From assembly GCA_046726955.1 (NCBI GenBank), contig JBKPBQ010000575.1, positions 1-39,466 of the forward strand: a DNA stretch of 39,466 bases, given 5' to 3'. The stretch comes from Acidobacteriota bacterium (GTDB taxonomy: Bacteria; Acidobacteriota; Vicinamibacteria; Fen-336). Each line of letters starts with the position of its first letter. Position 1 is the first letter of the stretch. Shown here one piece after another: positions 16,604-26,591 of the stretch. Below the pieces are notes generated by a model. The model was given only the letters and a program-made list of their open reading frames with translations, did not search any database and was not told the DNA's origin. The position numbers were made by a program, and so were the translations under genes.

Positions 16604-17983
16604 ATGGAATTCCAGCAGTTCTACCTGGGCTGCCTGGCCCACGCCTCGTACCTCGTCGGCTCCGACGGCCAGGCCGCGGTCGTGGATCCGCGGCGCGACG
16701 TCGACGAGTACCTCGCGGAAGCGAAGGCCCGCGGCTTGAAGATCACCGTCGTGATCGAGACCCACCTCCACGCCGACTTCGTGAGCGGCTACCGCGAGCT
16801 CGTGGAGAAGACGGGGGCGAAGGTGGTCTTCGGGGCGAAGGCGGAGGCGACCTTCCCCCACTGGGCGGTGCGTGAAGGAGACGAGATCCGCGTCGGCCAC
16901 GTGATCCTCCGCGTGCTGGAGACCCCCGGCCACACGCCGGAGAGCATCTCCCTGCTCGTCATCGACACGGAGAAGGGAGAGGAGCCGCGGATGGTCCTCA
17001 CCGGCGACACGCTCTTCATCGGCGACGTCGGCCGCCCCGACCTCGCGGGAGGGCGGGGGCTCACGCCGGAGACGATGGCGGGGATGCTCTACGACTCGCT
17101 CCACGACAAGCTCATGAAGCTCGACGACGCGGTCGAGGTCTATCCCGCCCACGGCGCGGGCTCTCTGTGCGGCCGGAACATCTCCAAGGAGACCTCGTCC
17201 ACGATCGGCGAGCAGCGGAGGACGAACTACGCGCTGCGGCCCATGCCCAAGGCCGACTTCGTGAAGATGATGACGGTGGACCTGCCGGAGGTGCCGGCCT
17301 ACTTCCCCGCCGACGTGCAGAAGAACCGCGAGGGCGCGCCCGCCCTCGGAACCCGCCCGCGCCCGCCTGCCCTCGGCCCGGCCCAGGTCCGTGCGTTAGG
17401 CGGAGGAGTCGTGGTCCTGGACGTGCGGCCGGCCGCCGCCTTCGGCACCGGACACGTGCCGGGCTCGGTGAACATCGGCCTCGGCGGACAGTTCGCGTCG
17501 TGGGCGGGGACGCTCCTGCCCGGGGACGCGACCCTCGTGATCGTGGCCGAGGACGAGGCGCAGGTGGACGAGGCGGCGCTGCGGCTGTCGCGCGTGGGCA
17601 TCGAGAAGGTCGCCGGCTATCTCGAGGGCGGCGTCGCGGCGTGGGACCGCGCGGCCCTTCCGCTCGAGACGGTCCCCCAGATCACCGTGGACGAGCTCAA
17701 GGCCCTGCTCCAGGAGAGCGACGCCATCCAGGTCGTGGACGTCCGCCGCCCCCCCGAGTACGCGGGCGGCCACGTCCCTCGCGCCCTCCTCCGCCCCCTG
17801 GACCGCCTCGAGCGCGCGCTCGACGGCCTCGACCCCGCGCGTCCCACGGCGGTCGTGTGCGCCGGCGGCTACCGGTCGAGCGCGGGGACGAGCGTCCTCC
17901 AGCGCCACGGCTTTCGCGACCTGCGGAACGTGGTGGGCGGCACGAGCGCCTGGACCGCGGCCGGCTATCCGACCGAGAGCTGA
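16604..17983 (+). CDS. MBL-fold persulfide-dioxygenase-like domain fused to two rhodanese modules (CstB-like architecture)
   Basis: Track ORF 15857..17983 is a read-through over pit. The real start is ATG 16604 (MEFQQFYLGCLAHASYLVG), giving 459 aa by my count. Metal motif ETHLHADFVSG, plus TPGHTPES. The middle rhodanese-like module has no Cys in its loop. The C-terminal module has the active-site loop VCAGGYRSS. Confidence 0.8.
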   Translation: MEFQQFYLGCLAHASYLVGSDGQAAVVDPRRDVDEYLAEAKARGLKITVVIETHLHADFVSGYRELVEKTGAKVVFGAKAEATFPHWAVREGDEIRVGHVILRVLETPGHTPESISLLVIDTEKGEEPRMVLTGDTLFIGDVGRPDLAGGRGLTPETMAGMLYDSLHDKLMKLDDAVEVYPAHGAGSLCGRNISKETSSTIGEQRRTNYALRPMPKADFVKMMTVDLPEVPAYFPADVQKNREGAPALGTRPRPPALGPAQVRALGGGVVVLDVRPAAAFGTGHVPGSVNIGLGGQFASWAGTLLPGDATLVIVAEDEAQVDEAALRLSRVGIEKVAGYLEGGVAAWDRAALPLETVPQITVDELKALLQESDAIQVVDVRRPPEYAGGHVPRALLRPLDRLERALDGLDPARPTAVVCAGGYRSSAGTSVLQRHGFRDLRNVVGGTSAWTAAGYPTES

Positions 17984-17994
17984 CTAGACGAAGA

Positions 17995-18030
17995 ATGGAC
18001 CGGGGCGGGCGATCGGCCACCCCGGTCCAT
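17995..18030. terminator. Bidirectional terminator-like hairpin between convergent genes (perfect 11-bp stem ATGGACCGGGG/CCCCGGTCCAT, 14-nt loop)
   Basis: Arms at 17995-18005 and 18020-18030, read directly. It fills most of the 50-nt gap between the stops at 17983 and 18034. There are no flanking T tracts. Confidence 0.55.
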
Positions 18031-18033
18031 CGA

Positions 18034-21000
18034 CTAGAAATAGAACTTCAGGACGAGCTCGACCACGCGGGGCGCGCTCACCGTGTTCGTGATGACCCCG
18101 AACGTGTTGGGCACCGAAATGTCGCGCGCGGGCGGGCCGAAGCTCGGGTGGTTGAACGTGTTGAAGGTTTCCAGGCGGAACTCGAACGACCGCTCCCCGC
18201 CCATCGGGAAGCTCTTCGAGAGCACGAGGTCCACGTTCTGGTAGCCGGGCGCACGGGCCACGCCAACCGGGCAGTTGCCGAACGTGCCGAGCGGCACCAC
18301 CTGGAACGCAGTGATGTCGAGCCAGTGCGTGAGCGACTGGTCGGAAGGCTTGGGATCGCCCACGCAGTTCGGTCGCTCCGCTCCGCGCTCGCCCTGCAGC
18401 GAGCGGGCGCGGCCGTCGATCACGGTGATGGGAAGCCCGGTGCGGGCCTGGAAGATCCCGCCCAGCTTCCAGCCGCCGAGGAGCGCGTTCGTCACGCCGC
18501 CCCAGTCCGAGCCCCACTTTCGTCCTTTGCCCCAGGGCAGCTCGTAGGTGCCCGACAGGATGAAGTTGTGGCGGACGTCGTGGAACATCGGTCCCCACTC
18601 GGCGTCGGGGTCGTAGGTGTTCTGCCAGTACGCACCCTCGGTGGCGCTCGTCACTCCCTGCGGTCCCGTGCCACCGAAGACACCGTAGAAGCCGCGGTTG
18701 TTGGTCGTGCCCTTGGCGAGCGTGTAGGAGGCCATGAGCTCGAGCCCCTTCCAGCTGCGCTGCCTCACGCTCGCCTGCAGGGAGTTGTACTTGCTCCCCG
18801 AGCGCGAGGTGGTGGTGGCGATGGTCGTGACGAGCGGCAGCACGGGGTAGAGCGGCCGGCGCGTGTTCTTGGGCGCCCACGTCGAGGGATCGCCCACGCC
18901 GGGCAGCGCCTGGTTGCCCTCCGTCGGCGTCACGAGGTGCGTCGCGTGGTGTCCCACGTATCCGACCTGGGCCGACATCGACGACGTCAGCCGATACTCC
19001 ACGAACGCGTTCCACTGCTGCGTGAACTGCGGCCGCAGGTCCGGAGCGTAGGCGCGCACGTTGCCGCTGGGCGTCGTGCCGGGGATGAGCTCGGCGAAGC
19101 CGGTGCGGATGGTGCCCGCGCCGGTGGTACGGTCGTAGTTCACGTTCGACTCGAAGAAGAACGGCGGGTTCAGCGGGAGACGCAGGTTCGCGCCCGTCCC
19201 CTCCATGAACTGCGAGATGCCGTAGCCCCCGCGGACGACGAGGCGATCGCTCGCGCTCCAGGCGGCACCGAAGCGCGGCTCGAAGCCCTTGTAGTAGGGC
19301 TTGTAGAGCGCTCTGTCCTCGAGGCTCCCATCGCTCGCGAAGATCTGCTGGCCGGTCGTGAGGTCGAAGTTCGACTGACGGTTGTCCTTCTCCACGAGCG
19401 GCGACGTGTAGGCCCACCGGAGGCCGAGGTTCAGGGTCAGGCTCGGCGTGACCTTGAAGTCGTCCTGGACGAAGAGTCCGATCCGGTTCTGGAGGTGCGT
19501 CCAGGGGTCGTTGGGATCGCCGCCCCCCCGGCCCTTGCCCGACACCATGTCGAGCAGGAAGTCCGCGAACTGCGAGCCGGTGAACGAGCCGTTGTAGGCG
19601 ATGAACCCGAGGAGGCCGTTGTTGCCGGCGTAGAAGCGCCGCTGGTCGTAGCGCAGGAACTGCCCACCGAACTTGAGGGCGTGGCGGCCCGTGAGCCAGG
19701 TGAGCTTCTCGTTGAGCTGGTACGTCTTGGCGAGCGTGTCCGAGTCCGTCGCGATCGACCCGAGCGGAGTCAGGCCGTTGAGGCCGCCGCAGGACCCCGT
19801 GGCGTTGGTGATGCAGCTCAGGCCGTCGATGGGCTGGCCGCCCGCGATCCCGTAGAGGGCGTTGCCGGCGCCGACGCCCGCCCAGTCGAAGGTCTCGGAG
19901 GTGACGGTCGTGTGGCTGAAGCCCACGAGCACCTCGTTGATGATCGAGGGCGAGAACACGTGGTTCCAGTTGACACCGACGTTCCAGAACGGCTGGTCGT
20001 TGCGCGTCGCGAACACGAGCGGGAACGGCTGCTGGTCGCGCTCGTCGGTATAGGTCGCGAACGAGTAGCGGGCGAAGAGCTTGTCGCTCGGGGACGCGTT
20101 CCAGTCGAGACGGGCGTCGCCCTGGTGGGCGCGGATCTTGAAGAGCGTCTCTCCCACGTAGTTCCCGGTCACTCCGCTCACCGTCCGGTTCGGGAGCGGG
20201 TAGTGCGCGGTGTCGTTCAGGATCGCGAGCGTCGTCGGGCTGATGCGGCTGAGCGGGATCTGGTTGTTCGGAAAGGGAAGGCCGGTGACCGGATCGCGGA
20301 TGACCGTGCTGATGCTCGAGAGGTCCCCGTGCCGCCATGCCTCCGGCGCGACCGAGGCCGTGGCCGCGCCCGGCGCGTCCTGGCGCGAGCCCTGGTAGTC
20401 CAGGAAGAAGAAGAGGGTGTCCTTGAGAACCGGTCCGCCGAGGGTAGCGCCGTAGATGTGCTGCTTGCGCTCTTGCCGGGGCGCGCCCGAGCGGTTGTTC
20501 TCCCAGGTGTTCGCGTCGAAGTCGCTGTTCCTATAGAACTCGAACACGTTGCCCCGGAACTCGTTGGCGCCGGACTTGATGACGTTGCTGATGACGGCTC
20601 CGCCCACGTTGCCGACGTCGGCCGCGTAGTTGTTCGTCTCCACGCTGATCTCGGCGACCGCATCCGGGCTGGGCTGGTAGGAGACGCGGTTGTCGATCGT
20701 CTCGTTCACGTCGAGGCCGTCCACGGTGAAGTTGTTCGTCTGCTCGCGGTTGCCGTTCACGAACGGGCGGTTCATGTTCACGCTGCCGATGTTCGTGAAG
20801 CCGCGGGGGTTGTAGGTGGTGGTGCCGGGCAGGAGGAGCGCGAGCTGGCCGATGTTGCGGCCGTTGAGCGGCAGCGACTGGACGGTGTTGCCGGAGAGGA
20901 CCTCGCCCACCGTCGCCGACTCGGTCTGGAGGACGGGCGCGCCCGCCATCACCTCCACGGTGTCCTCGAGCGCGCCCACCTCCATCTTGAAGTCCAGGCG

Positions 21001-21321
21001 CGCGATCTGCTTGGCCTCGAGCTTGATGGGCTTCGTGGTGGTGGTCTTGAAGCTCGACAGCTCGGCCTTGACCACGTACCGGCCCACTGGGACCGACGTG
21101 ATCGTGTAGTTGCCCGCGGAGTTCGAGACGGCGGTGTAGGGCACGTTCGTCGCCTGGTTCGTGGCGGTGACCGTGACCCCCGCGGCCGCCGCGCCGCTCT
21201 GGTCCGTGACCAGCCCCGTGATCGAGGCCGCGCCGGTCTGGGCGTGGGCGACACCCCCCCCTCCGGCGAGGAGCGCGAGCGGGACGAGAAGGCACAGCGC
21301 TCGGATTTGGAACGTTCTCAT
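18034..21321 (-). CDS. TonB-dependent outer-membrane receptor with an N-terminal carboxypeptidase-regulatory-like domain (Oar-like)
   Basis: Track ORF of 1095 aa. Signal peptide ending VAHAQ. Ig-like domain ITGLVTDQSGAAAAGVTVTATN...GNYTITSVPVGRYVV. Long barrel with a terminal ...LVLKFYF. SD GGGGGGAG at 21336-21329. Confidence 0.85.
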   Translation of the reverse strand: MRTFQIRALCLLVPLALLAGGGGVAHAQTGAASITGLVTDQSGAAAAGVTVTATNQATNVPYTAVSNSAGNYTITSVPVGRYVVKAELSSFKTTTTKPIKLEAKQIARLDFKMEVGALEDTVEVMAGAPVLQTESATVGEVLSGNTVQSLPLNGRNIGQLALLLPGTTTYNPRGFTNIGSVNMNRPFVNGNREQTNNFTVDGLDVNETIDNRVSYQPSPDAVAEISVETNNYAADVGNVGGAVISNVIKSGANEFRGNVFEFYRNSDFDANTWENNRSGAPRQERKQHIYGATLGGPVLKDTLFFFLDYQGSRQDAPGAATASVAPEAWRHGDLSSISTVIRDPVTGLPFPNNQIPLSRISPTTLAILNDTAHYPLPNRTVSGVTGNYVGETLFKIRAHQGDARLDWNASPSDKLFARYSFATYTDERDQQPFPLVFATRNDQPFWNVGVNWNHVFSPSIINEVLVGFSHTTVTSETFDWAGVGAGNALYGIAGGQPIDGLSCITNATGSCGGLNGLTPLGSIATDSDTLAKTYQLNEKLTWLTGRHALKFGGQFLRYDQRRFYAGNNGLLGFIAYNGSFTGSQFADFLLDMVSGKGRGGGDPNDPWTHLQNRIGLFVQDDFKVTPSLTLNLGLRWAYTSPLVEKDNRQSNFDLTTGQQIFASDGSLEDRALYKPYYKGFEPRFGAAWSASDRLVVRGGYGISQFMEGTGANLRLPLNPPFFFESNVNYDRTTGAGTIRTGFAELIPGTTPSGNVRAYAPDLRPQFTQQWNAFVEYRLTSSMSAQVGYVGHHATHLVTPTEGNQALPGVGDPSTWAPKNTRRPLYPVLPLVTTIATTTSRSGSKYNSLQASVRQRSWKGLELMASYTLAKGTTNNRGFYGVFGGTGPQGVTSATEGAYWQNTYDPDAEWGPMFHDVRHNFILSGTYELPWGKGRKWGSDWGGVTNALLGGWKLGGIFQARTGLPITVIDGRARSLQGERGAERPNCVGDPKPSDQSLTHWLDITAFQVVPLGTFGNCPVGVARAPGYQNVDLVLSKSFPMGGERSFEFRLETFNTFNHPSFGPPARDISVPNTFGVITNTVSAPRVVELVLKFYF

Positions 21322-21354
21322 TTTTGGGCTCCCCCCTGACGGATTGTTGTTCGC

Positions 21355-21382
21355 ATCGTAGTTCCGCGGGAGCGGGAGTCAA
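21355..21382 (-). promoter_or_regulatory. sigma70-like promoter for the TonB-dependent receptor: -35 TTGACT, 16-nt spacer, -10 TACGAT
   Basis: Reverse complements of agtcaa (21377-21382) and atcgta (21355-21360). A 33-nt leader with the SD precedes ATG 21321. Confidence 0.55.
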
Positions 21383-21457
21383 GCGGTGGAGGCGGGGGGA
21401 TGAACGATCGGCGCCAGGCCCGAAAGCAGAGGCCGACGACCCGGCCGGAAGGTGCGG

Positions 21458-23860
21458 CTACTCGTACTTGAGCGCGGCCGCCGGGTCGACGCGGGCTGCC
21501 CGCCGCGCGGGGAGCATGGCGGCGAGGACGGCGCCGCCGCCGACGAGCACCGCCACCGCGCCGTAAGCGAGCGGGTCGAGAGTGCTCGTCTCGTAGAGGA
21601 GGCTTCCGAGGAGACGCGAAGCGGCGAGCGCGCCGAGCAGCCCGACCACGAGCCCGAGGGCGGCGAGGGCGACACCCTCGCGGAGGACGAGCCGGACCAC
21701 GTCGCGGGGGAGGGCCCCCAGGGCGAGGCGCAGGCCCATCTCCGCGCGGCGCTGCCCCACCACCTGGGCGAGCACGCCGAAGAGGCCCAGCCCGGCGAGG
21801 AAGGCGGCGGTCACCGCGAACGCCGAGGTCAGCACGAAGGTGAAGCGCGGGCGCTCGAGGGCGCCCTCCATCACCTGCTCGAGCGTCTTCACGTTGCCGA
21901 GAGGCAGCGTGGCGTCGAGGCGGGCGATCTCGGCGCGCACTTCGGGGAGGATCGACTCCGGCGCGCGACGCGTGCGCACCATGAAGGTCATGAACGAGCT
22001 CGGAACCTGGGCCTGCGCCCAGTAGATCGTCGTCCGCGAGGGCGTGTCGAGCGCCGTGAGCCGGACGTCCCCGACGACGCCCACGACCTGCGCCTTGTGG
22101 AGTTCGAACCACTCCATGTGCACCCACTTCCCGAGCGGGTCCTCCCCCGGCCAGAACTGCTTCGCCATCGACTCGTTGATGACGATGACCGTGGGCCGGT
22201 CGGCGGTGTCGGCGTCGGTGAAGTCGCGTCCCTGCCGGAGCGGTATTCCCATCGCCGCGAAGAGTCCGGGCGTCACGAAGCGCACGTCGCCTCCGGGCTC
22301 GTCTCCCGGCGCGGGCGTGGGCCGATCGGGCAGCACGAACCGCGTCGAGGACCCGAGGACGAACGGAATCCAGGTCGTCCCCCCCACCGCGTCCACTCCC
22401 GGCACGCGTCGCAGCGCCTCCCTCGCTTCGGTGAAGAAGCGGGCCTGGCTCGGGCCTTCGGGGTAGCGCGTCTCGGGGAGCGACATCTCGAACGTGAGGA
22501 CGCCGCTCGTCTCGAAGCCGGGGTTCACGCGAGCCAGACGTTCGAAGCTCCGCACGAGGAGCCCCGCCCCCACGAGCAGCACCGCGGCGAGCGCGACCTC
22601 CGCGACGACGAGGCCGCGGGCGAGGCGCCGGCGGTCGCGGCTCGTTCCCGCCGCACCCCCGTCCTTGAGCGCCTTCCACACCGCCGGGCGCACGAGCTGC
22701 ATCGCGGGAGCGAGGCCGAAGAGAACGGCGCTTCCGAGGGACAGCGCGACGGTGAAGGCGAGAACCACCGGGTTCAGCGAGATCCGCGCCACCTGCTCGA
22801 GCTCCGCGGGCAGCGCGGCGCGCAGCGCCTCGAGCGTCCAGGAGGCGAGGAGAAGTCCGGCGGCTCCCCCGAGGACCGCGAGCACGAGGCCTTCGGTGAC
22901 GAGCTGGCGGACGAGCCGCCCGTGCGATGCCCCCAGGCTGATCCGCACCGCGATCTCGCGCTCGCGGGCGAGGGCGCGGGCGAGGAGCAGGTGGGCGACG
23001 TTCACGCAGCCGATGAGGAGCACGAGCGCCACCGCTCCCATGAGGACGAGCAGCGCGGGGCGCACCTGGCGCACGAGGTCGCTCTGCAGCGGGAAGACGC
23101 TCACTCCCCAGCCCGCGTCGCGCTCGGGGAGCTCCTGCTCGAGCTGGGCGCCGATGCGGTCCATCTCGGCCCGCGCGGCGGCGAGCGTGACTCCGGCGCG
23201 GAGCCGCGCGACGCCCACTACCCACCGTCCACCGCGGGTGCGGAGCTCCTCCGTGATCGGCAGCGGCACCCAGACCTGCACTCCGGCCGGCACCGTGAAC
23301 TCCTCGGGCATCACACCGACGATCGTTTGAGGGTTGCCGTCGATCTCGATCTTGCGCCCCAGCACCGACGCGTCGCCGCCGAAGCGGCTCTTCCAGAGCC
23401 GGGTCGAGAGGACTGCGACTCCGGGAGCGCCCTCCCGGCCGTCCTCTTCGTGGAAGCCCCGTCCGAGCGCCGCCTTCGCTCCCAGCAGATCCATGAGGTC
23501 GGCGGTGACGATGCCTGCCTTGAGCCGGATCGGCTCGTCCCCGCCGGTGAGGTTGACGTCCCACGGCGCGAAGGCGGAGATCCCTTCGAACACCTGGTTG
23601 CGCTCGCGCCACTGCAGGAAGTTCGCGGGGTTGACGGAGTTGCGGATCCGGTTCCGCCGGATGCTCTTCTCCCAGACCATCACGAGCCGCTCCGGCTCGT
23701 GGAAGGGCAGCGGCCGGAGGAGCGCGGCTTCCACCACGCTGAAGAACGCGGCGTTGGCGCCGATCCCGAGCGCGAGCGTTGCTACCGCCACCAGCGTGAA
23801 TCCGGGCCGTCGTACCAGCAGCCTCAGCCCGAGCTTCAGGTCCTGGAGAAAGGTCTCCAT
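21458..23860 (-). CDS. ADOP-type duplicated MacB/FtsX-like permease (no cognate ABC ATPase in the window)
   Basis: The track ORF extends to 24367. The real start is ATG 23860 ([41 protein letters not shown]), placed by residue counting, with GGGAGGA upstream. It has two MacB-type periplasmic domains and two FtsX 4-TM modules across 800 aa. Confidence 0.85.
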   Translation of the reverse strand: METFLQDLKLGLRLLVRRPGFTLVAVATLALGIGANAAFFSVVEAALLRPLPFHEPERLVMVWEKSIRRNRIRNSVNPANFLQWRERNQVFEGISAFAPWDVNLTGGDEPIRLKAGIVTADLMDLLGAKAALGRGFHEEDGREGAPGVAVLSTRLWKSRFGGDASVLGRKIEIDGNPQTIVGVMPEEFTVPAGVQVWVPLPITEELRTRGGRWVVGVARLRAGVTLAAARAEMDRIGAQLEQELPERDAGWGVSVFPLQSDLVRQVRPALLVLMGAVALVLLIGCVNVAHLLLARALAREREIAVRISLGASHGRLVRQLVTEGLVLAVLGGAAGLLLASWTLEALRAALPAELEQVARISLNPVVLAFTVALSLGSAVLFGLAPAMQLVRPAVWKALKDGGAAGTSRDRRRLARGLVVAEVALAAVLLVGAGLLVRSFERLARVNPGFETSGVLTFEMSLPETRYPEGPSQARFFTEAREALRRVPGVDAVGGTTWIPFVLGSSTRFVLPDRPTPAPGDEPGGDVRFVTPGLFAAMGIPLRQGRDFTDADTADRPTVIVINESMAKQFWPGEDPLGKWVHMEWFELHKAQVVGVVGDVRLTALDTPSRTTIYWAQAQVPSSFMTFMVRTRRAPESILPEVRAEIARLDATLPLGNVKTLEQVMEGALERPRFTFVLTSAFAVTAAFLAGLGLFGVLAQVVGQRRAEMGLRLALGALPRDVVRLVLREGVALAALGLVVGLLGALAASRLLGSLLYETSTLDPLAYGAVAVLVGGGAVLAAMLPARRAARVDPAAALKYE

Positions 23861-24060
23861 GCGTCCTCCCAGTCCCCTGAACGGCAAGCGGCGTGCCACG
23901 CGATCGAGGGACGAAGCGCCCGCGGGTTCAGCGGTTTGAGGTCGACGGATCTCCATCCGCCGCCGCGCCCGTTCGCTCGTGGGATGCGGCCGCCCGCGGG
24001 CGAACAACTTCCTGACGCGCGGCGACGAACGCGGGTTCCCGTCTCGGCAACGCGAGCGGG

Positions 24061-24468
24061 TCAGCCCGACGGTGCGGTCCGACGGTACTTGGGCAGGGCC
24101 TCGAGCGTTCCCGGGAACCCCTCCCCCGCCTCGATCCTCCCGATCCAGCGCTCGACGTCGCCGCGCAGCGTCCCGAGGTCGAGACCACCATACTCGTCGG
24201 GATAGCGCGCGAGGCGGGCGAGGCCGCGCCGCAGCAGGGTCAGCGCCCCGCCGGTGTTGCCGTTGCCGAGGTGGTAGAACCCCACGGAGATCTGGATGAG
24301 TCCCTGGAAGAAGTCGCGGGCGGGGCCGCGCACGCCCGTCCAGACGTCCTCGAGCGTGTCGTGGCACTCGAAGAAGAAGCCGCGGTTGAACTCGTCGAGA
24401 CCCTTCTCGAAGGACCGGCGCTCCTCCTCGTCGAGGGAGGGCTCGGCGACGGGACCGTCGCCCGGCAT
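24061..24468 (-). CDS. DUF309-domain protein (function unknown), translationally coupled to ppk1
   Basis: This is the last 135 codons of track ORF 24061..26532. ATG 24468 shares its A with the ppk1 TGA (..CCTGATGCC..). [24 protein letters not shown] and [19 protein letters not shown] match my recollection of the DUF309 helical signature. Confidence 0.7.
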   Translation of the reverse strand: MPGDGPVAEPSLDEEERRSFEKGLDEFNRGFFFECHDTLEDVWTGVRGPARDFFQGLIQISVGFYHLGNGNTGGALTLLRRGLARLARYPDEYGGLDLGTLRGDVERWIGRIEAGEGFPGTLEALPKYRRTAPSG

Positions 24469-26591
24469 CAGGCCCCGGGAGAGCTCAGGGGCTCGAGGGT
24501 GACTCCGGAGACCGCGCGGGCCCGGCCCAGCGCCTTCTGGGCTTCGCGGTAGAGCTGGAGCTGCGCCCGAAACGGCTCCTCCCCCTTGGCGGCCCGGCGC
24601 CTCTTGTAGCTGCCGTCGGCCTGCAGCCACCGGCCCTTCACGTTGTCCTGGAAGGGGACGTCGAGCGCGCTCAGCACCTTCTGCTTGCCCTCCTCCGACT
24701 CCACCGGGAAGAGCAGCTCGATCCGCTTGTCGAGGTTGCGGGGCATCCAGTCCGCGCTCGACAGGTAGACCTCCTCGTCGCCGCCGTTCCGGAAGTAGAA
24801 GATGCGCGCGTGCTCGAGGAAGCGGTCCACGATGGAGACGACCTGGATCGTCTCCGAGAGCCCCTTGACGCCCGGGCGGAGGCAGCAGATGCCGCGGATG
24901 TTGAGGCGGATCCTCACCCCCGCCTTGGCCGCGTCGTAGAGCGCGCGGATCACGTCCTCGTCCACGAGCGCGTTCATCTTCGCGCGTATCTCCGCGGCCT
25001 GCCCGGATTCCGCCCGCTGCCGCTCGCGCTCGATGAGGCGGAGGTGCCGCTCCCGCAGCTGCGTGGGGGCCATCACGAGCTTCTTCATGCGGGGAGGGTC
25101 GGAGTAGCCCGTGAGGGCGTTGAAGAACGCGGAGGCGTCCTCGCCGATCTCGCGGTCGGACGTCATCCTCCCGAAGTCGGTGTAGAGCCGCGCCGTGCGG
25201 TCGTTGTAGTTGCCGGTGCCGAGGTGGACGTAGCGCCGAATGCCCTGGCGGCCCCGGCGCACCACCAGGCAGATCTTCGCGTGCGTCTTGTACCCGCGGA
25301 TGCCGTAGATGACGTGCGCCCCCGCCTCCTCCAGCCGGCGCGCCCAGCGGATGTTCCTCTGCTCGTCGAACCGGGCCATGAGCTCGACGAGGACCGTGAC
25401 CTGCTTGCCGTTCTCGGCGGCGCGGGCGAGCGCCTGCACGACGGGCGAATCGCCGCTCGTGCGGTAGAGCGTCTGCTTGAGCGCGAGCACGTCGGGGTCC
25501 TCCGCGGCCTGGGCCACGAACTGCACGACGGGGTCGAAGGAGTCGTAGGGGTGGTGGAGGTACAGGTCGCGCTCGTCGAGGAGGGCGAAGAGCCCGTCCG
25601 CGGGAACCTCGACGCTCGCGATGGGCTTGAGCGGCGGGTCGCGCAGGTCCTCGAGCGCGGGCAGGTCCACGAGGGCCTGGAGGGCGCGGATGTCGAGCGG
25701 GCCCGCGATGCGGTACGTGTCCTGGGCTCCCACCTCCAGACGCGCGTGCAGCGTCGTGAGGAGGTCCTCCCCCACCCCCGCCTCCACCTCGAGGCGGACG
25801 ATGCCACTCAGCCGCCGGTTCTTCAGCTCCTCCTCGATGACCTCGAGGAGGTCGCGCCCGCCCTCGTCGTCGAAGTCGAGCTCGGCGTCGCGGGCGACGC
25901 GGAAGACGGCCGTCTCCTTGATCTCCTGGCCGGGGAAGAGCGCGGCCAGCTCGCCGCGGATCTCCTCCTCGAGCAGGACGTAGGTGGTGCCGGCCGCTCC
26001 CGCGGGCCGCACGAGGCGGGGAAGGCGCGAGGGCACCTGGACGACCGCGAGCCGCGGCTCCGTCTCGCCCTCCGCGGGCGCCAGCAGCACCGCGAGGTTC
26101 AAGCTCAGGTTGGCCAGCATCGGGAAGGGGCGCGAGGAGTCGATGGCGAGGGGCGTGAGGGCCGGCAGCACCTCTTCGCGGAAGTGCTTGGCGAGCGCCG
26201 AGCGGGACGCCGCCTCCAGCTCGGAGAGGGGGATGATCTGGATCCCACGCTCCGCGAGGGCGGGCAGGATCTCGCCGGTCACCGCCTGGTAGAGGCGGTC
26301 CACCATCGCGTGCGCCCGCTCGGAGATCTGGACGAGCTGCTGGCCGGGAGTGAGCCCGGCGGGGTCGGGAGCCGTGTCTCCCTCGGCGACGGCGTTCTGC
26401 AGAGCGGCCACGCGCACCATGAAGAACTCGTCGAGGTTGCTGGCCACGATCGTCGCGAACTTCAGCCGCTCCAGGATCGGGTTCGTGGGGTCCGTCGCCT
26501 CCTCGAGCACGCGGCCGTTGAACTCGAGCCACGACAGCTCGCGGTTCAGGAAGAGCTCGGGCTCGCGCTTGCGGACCTTCGGCGGCTTCAC
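24468..26591 (-). CDS. ppk1: Polyphosphate kinase 1
   Basis: This is the last 707 codons of the 1846-codon track ORF 24468..30008. GTG 26591 sits in a GTGA overlap with the upstream ppx stop. N-domain [21 protein letters not shown]. Phospho-His region [14 protein letters not shown]. Two PLD-like C-terminal domains follow. Confidence 0.9.
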   Translation of the reverse strand: MKPPKVRKREPELFLNRELSWLEFNGRVLEEATDPTNPILERLKFATIVASNLDEFFMVRVAALQNAVAEGDTAPDPAGLTPGQQLVQISERAHAMVDRLYQAVTGEILPALAERGIQIIPLSELEAASRSALAKHFREEVLPALTPLAIDSSRPFPMLANLSLNLAVLLAPAEGETEPRLAVVQVPSRLPRLVRPAGAAGTTYVLLEEEIRGELAALFPGQEIKETAVFRVARDAELDFDDEGGRDLLEVIEEELKNRRLSGIVRLEVEAGVGEDLLTTLHARLEVGAQDTYRIAGPLDIRALQALVDLPALEDLRDPPLKPIASVEVPADGLFALLDERDLYLHHPYDSFDPVVQFVAQAAEDPDVLALKQTLYRTSGDSPVVQALARAAENGKQVTVLVELMARFDEQRNIRWARRLEEAGAHVIYGIRGYKTHAKICLVVRRGRQGIRRYVHLGTGNYNDRTARLYTDFGRMTSDREIGEDASAFFNALTGYSDPPRMKKLVMAPTQLRERHLRLIERERQRAESGQAAEIRAKMNALVDEDVIRALYDAAKAGVRIRLNIRGICCLRPGVKGLSETIQVVSIVDRFLEHARIFYFRNGGDEEVYLSSADWMPRNLDKRIELLFPVESEEGKQKVLSALDVPFQDNVKGRWLQADGSYKRRRAAKGEEPFRAQLQLYREAQKALGRARAVSGVTLEPLSSPGA

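Noticed and set aside
17167-21339. 1390-codon plus-strand ORF antisense to the TonB-dependent receptor
   Set aside because: Its composition (R, A, G, E, V, D runs; no domains or TM/signal features) is that of an antisense shadow. The opposite strand encodes a complete, recognisable receptor with a signal peptide and a terminal aromatic residue.
21322-21354. Possible riboswitch (for example cobalamin) upstream of the TonB-dependent receptor
   Set aside because: The predicted leader is only about 33 nt (-10 at 21355-21360, SD at 21329-21336), far too short for a riboswitch aptamer.
23861-24367. N-terminal extension of the ADOP permease ORF, plus the 200-bp intergenic region, examined for a small gene (for example a PadR regulator) or a structured RNA
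   Set aside because: The extension is Arg-rich nonsense overlapping DUF309. The gap holds only short GC palindromes (for example cgcccgcgggcg), no convincing ORF, and no hairpin followed by a U tract.
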